Shown piece after piece: positions 39,287 to 50,710 of a stretch of 64,000 bases of DNA. The notes under the pieces are model-generated. The model did no database searches. It had not been told where the DNA came from and saw only the letters and a list, made by a program, of their open reading frames with translations. Positions within the stretch are counted from its first letter, which is position 1, and every line of letters begins with the position of its first letter. The translations under genes were made by a program, and so were the position numbers. Source of the stretch: Chiloscyllium plagiosum (Eukaryota); contig NC_057719.1 of NCBI RefSeq assembly GCF_004010195.1, positions 87,118,274-87,182,273 on the forward strand. The letters run 5' to 3'.

Positions 39287-39780
39287 CACTTGCTCCTGCG
39301 CCCCCATTTTTTAATTGTACGCAAGATCCCTCACCTTTTTTTCCTATTTCACCTGAAGAGTAAACTGGCCCTGGTGTAAACCTTGTCTTCCCTATCCTGG
39401 TAACTCACTCTGTTCAGCATAGAGTGGAAGATTTTCTAATTAATGGTTTGTCTCTGTACAGTTTCTAGACCACAATGACGTGAGCAGGATTGATTCTTAC
39501 TGTAGTCATTGCCTCTTGCCCATGGTCGATGTACCAATCTTCTTCATGCACAGAGTACATCGCACATATGGTTGTGTCCTTCAGTTCAACTACAGTTCCA
39601 TTTAAATGGCAGTCAGCTATAGCCAATACACTAAATGAACATTACCTAACTTACCTCCACTTTTCAGGAATAATTGCTTTTTTGTTGCCATTCTGCCCAA
39701 ACTATTTCAATTTTGCCTTGCGCAGGTAAAAAATTGCCTTTCTACTCGACTGTGGTACTAAGGGAGTGCTTGCATTGTGT

Positions 39781-39801
39781 ACACACACACACACACACAC
39801 A
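39781..39801. repeat. (AC)10 microsatellite
   Basis: Direct reading. Confidence 0.95.
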
Positions 39802-42007
39802 GCACTTCAAAAAGGAATCCATCAGTTTGATGTACTTTGCAGCATCCTAAAGCAGGATTAGGGACTATATCAATAAAAGGTATTTCATGCTTCTTATCAC
39901 ATTTTTATTTAAACAAAGGCAGAACGATTTTATTCTTCACTTTCTCTCTCCAGTAAAATCATAATTTTAGATGTAAATCTCTAGAAATATCAAATTGTGA
40001 AGCGTTTTGTGGTTCAATTGTTCGTCTCATGTGTGTGCACCATAATTCAAAGATGTCCAAGCTCCTTGCTCTCTGCTGATAAGGCCTTCCAGCTGAGTGG
40101 AAGTAAGTCTTGACAACTGGATCTGAATGTTGTCCTTTACAGTTCCTATGGAAAGAACCTGGCCTCGAGCCATGGTCATCTACAATACAGAAGAAGGGTA
40201 TTTACATTACAGAAGGAAGCCATTCAGCCCTCTGCTTACTGTTCACATAATGCAAAACTAATCTCACTGCCCACTGTCTCCCCAAAGCCCCTTATCATTG
40301 CTTCAGATTCCGTAAATGTTACTGATGGTGCTATGTTAATTACAACTGTACCGGGACAGCAGAGAGCAGCAGAGTATGCCTGAAATTGGAGGCATTCTCT
40401 AGTCAACCTTAGAAGATGCTGAAAGTTACTAAATCATAGCTCTCCTGTGATGGTAATCCATGGTGAAAAGTCCCTGTCATTATGTAATAGAGATCAGCTC
40501 CTCGCCTATAGTCCAGGGGTTGTTCTGCCCTATAACTGATCCTATACCTCCCCCCAACCCCTAATCCAATCCTGCACACATTCAAACCCCACAACCTATG
40601 CCACACAAATCTCTTTCTGGGACGGCAGGTGTCGGTGCTGAGCACGGCCCATGGAGCTGAGTGTGCAATTAATGATGTCTCTAATCCCCTGCTGTTGATT
40701 TATTCATCACTGCTCCTGATCAAGTTACCAACATTAATAAAAATGAGTGTCAGATCCATACTGGATCACTTCCGCAGTCACAGTACAACCTCATTCTTAA
40801 GTTTATTGTTAAAAGATGACCAATGATGCACTTGCCAATAGCCATGAGCGCACTCACTAGTGCACGTTCGTGTGCAGGTTCATGTGCACACCCACTTTTG
40901 TGCTTAGTCATTTATGAACTGTAGTGTGCGCGCAATGTGGAGTGAAGAACCACTCTCATACATATTCTCATTTTTGCATACATATGCATTCGCACGTGTT
41001 TCCCCACAATTTCTCAAAGTCCAACAATGGAAAGAAAGGCTGTTTCTGGAAACTTTCACCATTTGTTTTTCTGCTACCCTGTAAGAATAATAGTTAGCCA
41101 CTAGAGCTTCTGGTGATGCATACCTTAAACAGTGGTTTAAAAAAAAAATCAGATTCTGATATTTGTCATGGTGAGGAATATCAGCATCGCAAGATTTCAG
41201 ACATCTAGAATCAGTATCACAGTTTCTGTGTTGGTAAGGTCAACTCAATACCAAGTACAAGTTCCCTCTACTCCAAGTCTCCCAGAGCAATTACAATATA
41301 GGGATAGATTCAGAGGAAAGTTCCCTTATTTCCTCATGCTGGCTGGGGTAATGTGGGCGCTTAGGAAAGGGAGCCTTTGGAGAAAATTGTGTTTGAAAGC
41401 AATTTTGACCAAAATTATTTGTTTAAGTTGTTCTTGAGCCGATGTCAAATAATAGAAACTGTCCAGGAATCACCACCTTGCTGTAATTACACACTGCTGA
41501 ATGTGTAGGTGCTGCAGTATCACTACTGCACTCAGAAAGCATCAATACAACAAGGTAAGTTTACACATGTAGTTCACATTATGAATGCAGAAATGAAGTC
41601 TGAGTGCACAATTTCTACAAGTTGACTGAATTTCACCTACACTACTTATCCTAACTACTTGCCGTGTTTTGCTTGGAGATTTCAAATGTACAGAGCCACA
41701 GGACGTAAACTAATCCTAAAACATCACTCAGCAGACTAACAGCGCCAGAGAGTTAGTAAGAATGGAGACTGTATTGTGGTTATAGGATCCATACCTGCAG
41801 CTGTACCAGTACCAAACCAGAATTGGTGAACATGTTTTCAGTTTCATGCTGAAGCTGTCAGGGGAATGGAGTTTAATTGTCTTGTGGGTGTATGAATGTC
41901 TAACCAGCTCACTGAGTTATATTACTGTAATGACTGGTAGTTGTGTCATGAGATTAGGTGGGGATTGAAAGACTCTTGTTTTGATAAGTTGTCTTTGTCT
42001 TTGGCAG

Positions 42008-42181
42008 AAGAAGAAGGAGGATGGAGAGAATGCTGTGAAGAGAAGGAAAGAGGGATGGACTATGTTGACACCTTCATTAGCATCTGCAGATAACTCCAAC
42101 ATGTCCTCAGGAAACCTGTCAGCAGATGGGGAAGAATCTTTCATCAGTGTGGACTCAGCCATGCCTAGCCCTTACAGTGAG
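42008..42181 (+). CDS. INO80: INO80 coding exon (KKKEDGENAVKRRKEG...SADGEESFISVDSAMPSPYSE)
   Basis: Acceptor ttggcAG and donor GTaat; 174 bp, phase 0-0; SFISVDSAMPSP matches the INO80 C-terminal region. Confidence 0.92.
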
Positions 42182-43079
42182 GTAATAGAAAACGGAGCCT
42201 CTAATGCAGGTGCTGAGCGTGACTCAGCACAGGGACGCAAGATATAAAACCAGCTGCAAGACTCTGACTCACATTTTGTGGATCTATCTGTAGTGACAAC
42301 AAGGCTGCATTCAGGAGAACTGGGCATAATGGCCAGTGGGCTGTATGCTAAACAGTTCCAGGATTAGACTGAAAAGCAAGACCAGCACTCCGTACTGAAT
42401 GGGGATGGAGGCTCAGTCCATACTAAAGCAGTTGGGGGTTCACTTATTGGCCCAGCTGACACCAGGAGAAGATCCTATCTTTAGTCATTTCCTTTTCCTA
42501 TATGCGTTTGAGGACTGAATTTCGCGATGAAAGAAAGAACCTTTCAGCAAAATTTGTGGGAGGGAAAATATCTGGGGAAAAGCATGAAAATAGTATGTTA
42601 AAGGAAAACCTAAAGGTCAAAAAAATCTAGGATTCATGATATAACTGATGTATCATCAAAAATGGGATACACCTGCCATTATTTAAAGGGAGGATTTTGG
42701 AAATCTTGGATCCTTTTAAATAAATAAGAAAAGAGATGGCTGGATGAGAAACAAAAAAAAAGCCATAGGAGCATAGAGGGGAGTTTTACATTTACTAAGT
42801 TGTGTTAAACCACCTTGTGTCTTCAATTCATCCTGCTTCTGGTCCTTGGTTCTGATACATTTTCACTTTGGTTTTCTTAAAGGTGTTAGCAAAGAACTAG
42901 AGAGGTCTAAGTATAAAAAAAATGTGTACATCATGTGATGTTAGCATTCATGCAATATTGCTAATAGCTTAAAAGCCGCATTGTTTCACAACTTCATGTG
43001 TATTGGAAATGGACTTGATTCTTGTTATGATAAAGGTGTTTTGGACTGTGGTTATGCAACTGAAGTTAAACTGAAAGTG

Positions 43080-43425
43080 TACTAGATTCTTAGGGAGCTT
43101 GACAGGGCAGTTGCATCGAGATTGTTTCCTCTTTAGTTGCAAGCTTAAGATCAGAAGACTCCAATCTCGGAGAAAAGATTGCCTATTTAAGATAGAAATG
43201 AGAATTTTTTTGAATTATAAATCTGTAAAATTCTTTACTGCAGAGGGCTGTGGAGATTATTAAATGTTTTCAAGGCTTAGACAGATTTTATAATCAGGGA
43301 ATCAAGGTATTGGGGAAAAGGCAAGAAAGTAAAATTGAGGATTTTCAAATCAACCATAATCTCATTAAATGGCAGAGCTGACTCAATGTGCCAAATGGCC
43401 TTATTCTGCTCCGATGTCTTATGAA
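43080..43425 (+). mobile_element. Old CR1 3' fragment (a similar remnant lies at ~44915-45220)
   Basis: Decayed cttgacagggcag..ttgtttcct..aatttttt..gctgtggag..gactcaatgtgccaaatggcct tail. Confidence 0.55.
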
Positions 43426-44088
43426 CTTAGTCATAGCTACATCTGATTGTAGCAGTGCCTTTTTCTGATCCATCTATAAAAGGCACCCTTTGTGACCAGC
43501 AATGTGAAGTTGAGATGAAAATGTCTGACCAGCTTGGTCTCCGTTGATTTAATCGCGCACATTTATTTTAATGTTACTGACGTATTGTCCACTGGTCTGT
43601 GAGCTCAGTTGGCTGGATGACTGATTTGTGATTCCCACAGCACAGGTTTAATTCCTGCAGTGGCTGAGGTTACCATGAAAGCCACATATTCTCAACCTTG
43701 CCTGAGATGATAGCAAATGGAAAGTTATGCACGTTAGTTTGACCTTCGAATAGGATGAAAGTTTGACACAACATCAAGGGCCAAAGGGCTTGTACTGTTC
43801 TATGTTCTATATGTTCTATGTAACCCTCATGTTAAACCACCACCAATTGTCTCTCTCTAATGGCCTGTGGTCTTCTGGGACTATGGTAATTTTACTTTCT
43901 CTTGCCATGGTGGCACATTATCCAACCTGTGCTTTTTATCCATATTGCTACCCAATAGAAATGTTAATGTGCAAGAACACCCAAAAATAGAATTGCATGC
44001 AATCATTATTGAGATCTAGCGATTATGCGTTGCATTTTTACAGAAGCAAACTGGCTCGCATTATAATTTATACCCTCTGCCCCCTCAG

Positions 44089-44242
44089 ATATCTATGAGC
44101 AGTGAACAGCACACTGGATCGATCGCACCCGATGAAAGTAGCAGTGACCTTGTGATTGTGGACGACCCAACGTCAGCTTCGCAGTCCAGAGCAACCAATT
44201 CCCCAGTCTCCATTGCAGGCTCAACTTCAGACCATGTGAATG
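44089..44242 (+). CDS. INO80: INO80 coding exon (ISMSSEQHTGSIAPDESSSDLVIVDDPTSASQSRATNSPVSIAGSTSDHVN(G))
   Basis: Acceptor cccctcAG and donor GTatg; 154 bp, phase 0-1; resembles the human ISISSELHTGSIP..DESSSD..SRATNSP segment as recalled. Confidence 0.92.
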
Positions 44243-45473
44243 GTATGACGAACAGGAAGCTCCTGGTGCATTGAGTAACCCATCTTTACACCAAATGTGA
44301 GGCTGGGAACATAGATGGTTACTTTGTAACCTTGGATTAAAGTCGGATGTCGTTGCGTGACTTTGAGTCACTGGGGCAGCGATCGTCACCCGTACTGTTT
44401 AATTGTCTAGTTTCCTGTTTGTTTTGTTGTACCACTCAAGCTTGTGATTATAAATAGAATTAGCAGCTGGGGATTAGTGGGAGGTAGCAGAACAATTCAA
44501 GTGTGATATCAGTCCAAAGTGTCAATTTGTAATCTTCCCTTCAGCACTTGGTGAATTGTTTTCTCATATCCTGCTGGTAATTCTATATATGTGCCTGCAT
44601 ATGTGTGCACCTATATATTTGCTTGTATATGTGCCTGTACCTCTGCCCACATCTGCAGGCATGTCTTTTTTTTTCATTGCTTCATGAGCATCACTGGCAA
44701 GCCTAGCATTCTTCTTTGTCACAGAGAGGTGGAGAGATGATTGAGCTGCTGTTTTAAACTATGGGGTGTTCTGGGATTTTGTTCCAGTGGTGAAGCCAGT
44801 GCCTCCGTTGATATGTAGTCTGTCCAGTTTTATTATTCCTAGACTTTTCCTTGCTAGCTGGATACCATGTTCGCATTCATGAGCGTTTAGAAGGATTAAA
44901 GGGTATTTGAACAAAATGTATAAAATTTTAACAGGATTGGGTAGATTATATACAGAGAGGGTGCTTTCCCCGAGCTGGCGAATCTAGAACCAGGTGCAGA
45001 ACCTCATGATCTGAGGTTGACCATTAGGATAGAGATGGGGAAAGATTTCTTCACTGAAAATGGTCAACCTGTGGAATTTGCTACCACAAGGCTGTGAAAA
45101 GTGGATCACTAAATATAATCAATATAGAGATCTTGATTTTTTTTTAAGATACTAAAGGCGTAAAGGGATAAGGTGTGAAAACAAGAATATGCCACTTAGC
45201 CAAGGGATCGGCCATGATCATGCTCAAAGGGCTGTCCCTAGTTTCTGTGATACAGTTGAGTTCTTTACTAGACAAAATGAGGGCACTTAAAGCCTTCTGT
45301 CAGTGGTTTCACGTGCCTTGTGATGGGTATTGGATCCAAGCTGGTGATTTCAATTAATGTGGGCACACTTCAGGGTGTATACTGTAGTAGAACATTGACT
45401 ATAGTAGAATTGTGAACTGAATTTCTGCTTTTCATATCCTGGGTGGTGATGTGTTAAACTCCTTCCTTTACAG

Positions 45474-45686
45474 GTGTTTCACAAGATAAATCTGTTACTA
45501 ACGTTGGCCCATCAGGGAGGGGCAGGGGCCGTCCAAAAGGATCTGGAAGTACCTCAAAAGGTTCGGGAAAAAATCGAGGGCGCAAGTCTACTGCTGGCAG
45601 TGCTGCAGCAATGGCAGGAGCCAGGGCCGGTGCAGCAGCAGCTTCAGCTGCTGCATATGCTGCATACGGGTACAGTGTGTCGAAAG
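45474..45686 (+). CDS. INO80: INO80 coding exon (GRGRGRPKGSG...RKSTAGSAAAMAGARAGAAAASAAAYAAYGYSVSK)
   Basis: Acceptor tttacAG and donor GTaag; 213 bp, phase 1-1; carries the conserved Ala-rich AAAYAAYGY motif. Confidence 0.94.
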
Positions 45687-46839
45687 GTAAGGTGTAGATG
45701 GAACTGTCAAGTGTCACCCTTGGAACAGTGCCAGCACGCTCTCTTCCTAATGACCCAACGTAGTGTCAACATTTACACATTTGTACTGAGCTGAAATAAT
45801 TTGAAGTGAAGTCCATTAGTCTCACTAGCATTGGGTACAATTTTTATACCATGTACACTTTAATTTTGAATAAAATTGAGAATGATTTGAGCTATATAAA
45901 GGAGGCATAACTATTTCATTTAGTCTGAAGTTAAGTTAATTTATCCATATAACCTGACATCGAGACCCTAATCCTTTTACTGTCCAATGTCAGGGTAATC
46001 AACAGTGTGATTTAGAGATCCCAGTAAAAATTCTTGCTTTACACTAATTAGTGAAATTGATCATATGATTCCTTATTCAAAAATTATCCCGACCAAACAT
46101 GCTTATTAGACCAAGACACTGGTTCACACCAACAAGTGGATGTATTTATCCAGACAAGAGAATGAAATTAAAATCAGGTAGGGAAGTACAACAAGTAATA
46201 AAGATGCTATTTGTTTTTCTTAAAAAGAGTCTTTAATCAGAATCTCAGTGCTGTAGCTGAGGTCTGGTCTACTTCCTGTGTCATTCTGTGCTAGACACAA
46301 AAAAAAATTTCAGATGAAACTATTCCACCTATCCTGCCTTCTCTTCGAAGGGTTCTAAGTTCATTCTCTGATCACCTCTGTTCTTGGTTGACACATACTT
46401 GTCCTGTGCAGATGTTCTCTCCGGTTCCTCACCGAAGCCACTTTGAAATTCCCACTTTTGTTTATCCATTTAGATAATTTACTAGCATTTGGTCACAATT
46501 ATGTCATGATTGATGAGTCGTTTTTAAATAAGCACCCAGACCAGGTTTCCCTGTAGCACTCAGGAAACAGAATGTTGACAAAATGGTTACTAGGGGAATA
46601 TCAAATGCGGGTGCAATGAGCAATTAGTTACATCCTCCCTGACAGTTTGGCTGCTCTCTCTTTTTGAAGTAAAGCAAACTGATTAGTGATTGGCTATGCT
46701 CCAAGTATTAAAAAGTGGTTGACACAATCAAGCATGCTTCTATTCATTATAGATTAATGTGCTGCTCATTAAATTAATTTATTTTCTTTCTGTTAATGAG
46801 GGTGAGGTTGAACTTCAAGTTAGTAATCAGCATTTGGAA

Positions 46840-47150
46840 ATTTACTCTGTATAACGCCTGCTATACCTACCTGAGTGTGTTTGGGACAGTGTAGAGTGAG
46901 CTTTACTCTATCTAACCTCATACTGTACCTGGCCTCGGAGTGTTTGATGGGGATAGTGTAAAGGCAGCTTTAATCTGTGTCTAACCATGTGTTGCGTTTG
47001 TGAAGGGCAGCGTAGAGGAAGCTTTATCTAACAATGTGCTGTACCTGTCCTGGGAGTGCTTGATGGGTACAGTAAAGAGAGCTGTACTCACTATCTAACC
47101 CCATGCTAATCCTCTCCTGGGAGGACGCCAGTGTAGGAAGAGCTTCATCT
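46840..47150. repeat. Degenerate minisatellite, about 5 units of ~55-67 bp
   Basis: Recurrent ctttactct(g)tatctaacc..gctgtacctg.cctgggagtgtttgatggggacagtgtagag; a lone monomer sits at ~29291-29353. Confidence 0.8.
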
Positions 47151-47323
47151 AAATTGTGCATGCATTAGACTTGATTGATGCTAACAATCAATATGGTGAG
47201 GCAAATATGCCAGTACTAGTATCCCTCCTATCGTTTGAAGACTGTTTGAGGTTTAATTACGTTGATTGTGATTGTTGACTTTTTTGCTTTCGGATCTCAA
47301 AGTATTTTCTTTTGAATCTCCAG

Positions 47324-47544
47324 GTATGACAGGAAGCGGCCCTGGGCAGTCTCCCCTCTCTTGGCCAACCAGCACTGCCACCTTTGGAATGATGAGCACT
47401 TCCCCTTTGAGCTCCCCTCACAGTATGTCTAACAGCGTCCCAGGGACACCCCAGACTCCGACTGATACAAGCACGCCTTCGCCGTCCCCCAGCAAGAAGG
47501 CCAGCAGAGGCCTGGTTCAGCCCCCAGCTGTTGGGGGGCGGTAA
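47324..47544 (+). CDS. INO80: INO80 terminal coding exon ((G)MTGSGPGQSP...SPLSSP...PPAVGGR*)
   Basis: Acceptor tctccAG; phase-1 start; SPLSSP and the terminal GGR-stop are shared with the vertebrate INO80 C-terminus as recalled; TAA at 47542-47544. Confidence 0.88.
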
Positions 47545-47686
47545 CCATGAACAGTGGGGATGGTTGGTGGGATGGCTGCAGTGAGTGGGCGGGGAGGGAG
47601 GGCGAGTCACAAGACTCATGTTTAAGGATTTAGAGTTGTTTTAATAGAAGTGAAATCATGGAGAAGCCTTTTCCCTCTGAATGACG

Positions 47687-47772
47687 TGTACATAATGTTT
47701 ACCAGGAGAGCACAGAATCCTTGTTTGTTTCTTTTTGAATGTGCTATTTTTTTATAGATGAATTTGTAAATA
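47687..47772 (+). promoter_or_regulatory. Two Pumilio response elements (UGUANAUA) in the proximal 3'UTR
   Basis: TGTACATA at 47687-47694 and TGTAAATA at 47765-47772 match the PUM1/2 consensus exactly. Confidence 0.5.
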
Positions 47773-49007
47773 TGTACAAAAAAAAGTGAGAAATCAAACA
47801 GAAACTGCTATCTTTTACTAACCTGACAGACTGGTGAGAATCCAGCCAAGTGATGAATCGTAATTTTATGGAGAGATTGTATGCGTGTGAATTTTTACTA
47901 GTTTCCAGTGCTGAGAGGTAAACATTCTGAAGTCCTTGTGTTTTAATTTGCAGAGGCGGAAGCTATTTCCCCTTGAGAACAGAAGCAGCATTCAGCTTCC
48001 TGTGCCTTCCTCTATGCCTCCTCCTTCCTCATACCACTGTTATATTTGCATCAGTCAGCTGCCAGTGACTGCAAGTGGCACCTGCTTAAGTGCTGCAGTG
48101 ACCCCTGGACTGGCCGGGACAAGCCTCCAAGTACAAGTCCCAGTCTGCTGACTGTTGGCAGCCAGCACACATCGAAGCTTGAGAAATGTAACATCCAGTC
48201 TGTGTTCCCACTCCCATTGTTGCTCAGTTAAAGACTCTGGCACTCAGTTAATATGAGGAAGAAACAGTCACATTCACTTGGAAATTCCCAGCATAACTGT
48301 CAGCCAATGGGAGGAAGAGAGCAGTTGCTCACTCCTTTCTGTGTCAGAAACTGACAGGCCCACTGTCTGCATTTTCAGCATCAATCTGAACAGAAACAGA
48401 CATGTTGTGACCTGATTGAAACCCTCCAGCAGTGTAGAAAGCTGTGACCAGTTCAGGATTATCCTCATGTAACAGAGGGTTACTGCTGTGTTACTGCAGG
48501 TACCAGCCCTGTCCAACCAGCATCGATGTACAGAAATCACAGGTTAAAGGAAAGGACATCTGCAATACCCACAGGGTATACTTAGTATCCTAGCACAGAT
48601 AATGGCATCACCATGTGATAGCTACTTGAAATCCAAATATAGTGATCTAGAAACCTGCACGGGGCATTAACTTTTCTTTTAATCTCAAATTTTAAGGATA
48701 TTTTGCATGGCCAAAGCAGTGCAATTCTTTGATAATCCAACATGTAACACAATGGATATGGATTGAATTCTGCACTTCATCCCAAAATTTCAATTCTCTC
48801 CTATGTTGCCATTAATAGGAGATGCTGAAAAGAGCCCAGAGGTTGGCCAGCAATACATTTCCACTCTACTGTATCGTTCTGGTTGTGTACAAGCAGTGCT
48901 TTGTAATTGAGAATGTGTAAGTCACAAGTTCCTCCATCGAATTCAAACTAAATTTAACATGCTAATCATTGCAGTAGAGTTGTAAATGTGGTGCCGGCTT
49001 CAGAATT

Positions 49008-49410
49008 GTTGTCTCGTCTCTCCTCCCCTTTTGTTGCCCAGTTTCTCACCTCACCATCTTGTCCTATCCTTCTTCACCTCTCTCTCACGCTCTCTGCAAC
49101 CACTTCATACTGCACTCTGTCTTGCCTCCCCCCCCACCCCCACCCCCAACCAATCCTGCCTGCCCCTTTCGTCTGTCTCTCTCTTACACTATGTATTTTC
49201 TCTCACCGTCTCTCATTGCTGACATCCCTCCCTGTTCTCCCCAGTGTGGCCCACTCCCTGCATTGGGTCTGTCTGTTTTTCTGTCTCTTCTCCTCTGCCC
49301 CCAATTTCCATCATCTCTCACCCTGATCTCAATCTTCCCTTTTTCCATCCTCTCTTGTTCACTACCTCACTCATCCTCTTGTCCCCTCTCTGCTTGCATT
49401 GCCTGCGTTT
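49008..49410 (+). repeat. Pyrimidine-rich low-complexity tract within the putative 3'UTR
   Basis: About 400 bp dominated by C/T runs. Confidence 0.75.
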
Positions 49411-50704
49411 TCCAGCTTCTAACTCAGCTAAAACCTCTGCTTATTTGAGGTGTGGAACATTAAGGCACAGAATAACCTTCCTGAGAGCTGCCATCTGTTT
49501 AACATTCAGCCAGAACCCCAGGAGCAGCCACTGCACCCCATTTGGATAGGTCAAAACAGCGCAAAGTGAAGAAATTGGAGGCTGAATTCTGACAATAGCT
49601 GATGTATTGTGAAGTGGGATATATATACAGTATTTAACGTAGTGAAAACAGATGAAGTTTTTGAGCATTCTAAATTATATCAAGGTTAAAATCCATATTT
49701 TAATATTTGCAGTTAGTATTGCTCTCCAGTTGAACTCCGTGTCCCTTCCTTGTGTTGACAGGCTTGGTGTTGCCTTACATCTCTGATTCACCGGCTGCTT
49801 AGTTTTTCCATCCAGTGGAATGGATCTGTTGAAAGACTCCATGTATAATTTAGGAGACATCGTTCTGCTTGTATGGGCAGCTCTGTGAGACAGTGTGAAC
49901 AACCTTTCCCCCACCCCCAATGAATACAACAGAACTCCAGTCACTGACTAACCAGCAAGATACACTGACATGCAACAGTGCAGTAGTTTGATCTAAACCC
50001 TGGGCAGCTGCCATGGTTAGAACAACCAGGTTGCAAGTGACTGTGTCACACTCAAATCACATCCTTTATCCTTTCTGCAGGTTGCACTTCTAGCCAGTGT
50101 GCACTATCTTAACAGCTGCATCTGTCCTTGTGTAAGGGCTGAACCTCAACCATAAAACCCAAATTAGGCAGGTTCTGCAAGCATCTTCCTTTGGCAAATG
50201 CATAGTGATGTGTTGCAGACAGTGTGCCTGGATGAGAGGAGGGTGCCTCGTGTGGGATCTTCGGGTTCTGTTTCAAGTTGCTGCACTTGTCTCTTTGTGG
50301 TCCAGACACACACTACATCACTAAATGTTTGTACTTTTAAAGAGAATGCATGACAGTTTCAGACCTATTACCCAATTTGATGCCTGGCACATGTTGTAAA
50401 ATCAAACAAAGCCCTAGGCCTTTTTATTTAAAAATTCATTTCTGATCTACATGTAAGCTGGATCCACAGTTCAGAGTTGGAAAGATTTGAGGAGGATGCA
50501 TGGAAGATGAGGCCTGGGTGGTTAATTATTCAATGCAATACCAGTTCACTGAATCAGTTTGTACCCCCACCCTCCCCTAACAGTACAGGCTGGTTAACTG
50601 ATTTATTTTATTGCTATGCCATAACTCAGTACAATCAGTTAATGAAATCATAATTTGTGTTCAACCTTAGCAAAAATGATTCAGGTACAGCAGTACAGTA
50701 TCAA

Positions 50705-50710
50705 AATAAA
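50705..50710 (+). terminator. Candidate polyadenylation signal
   Basis: AATAAA followed about 30-45 nt later by U/GU-rich atttgtgtttcttcatgtt; TE remnants resume downstream. Confidence 0.5.

Noticed and set aside
45454..45717. Minus-strand Ala/Pro-rich ORF
   Set aside because: It is the antisense shadow of the INO80 exon at 45474-45686.
46840..47150. Repeat-spacer-like periodicity (CRISPR)
   Set aside because: Vertebrate DNA, degenerate contiguous units, no unique spacers and no cas genes.
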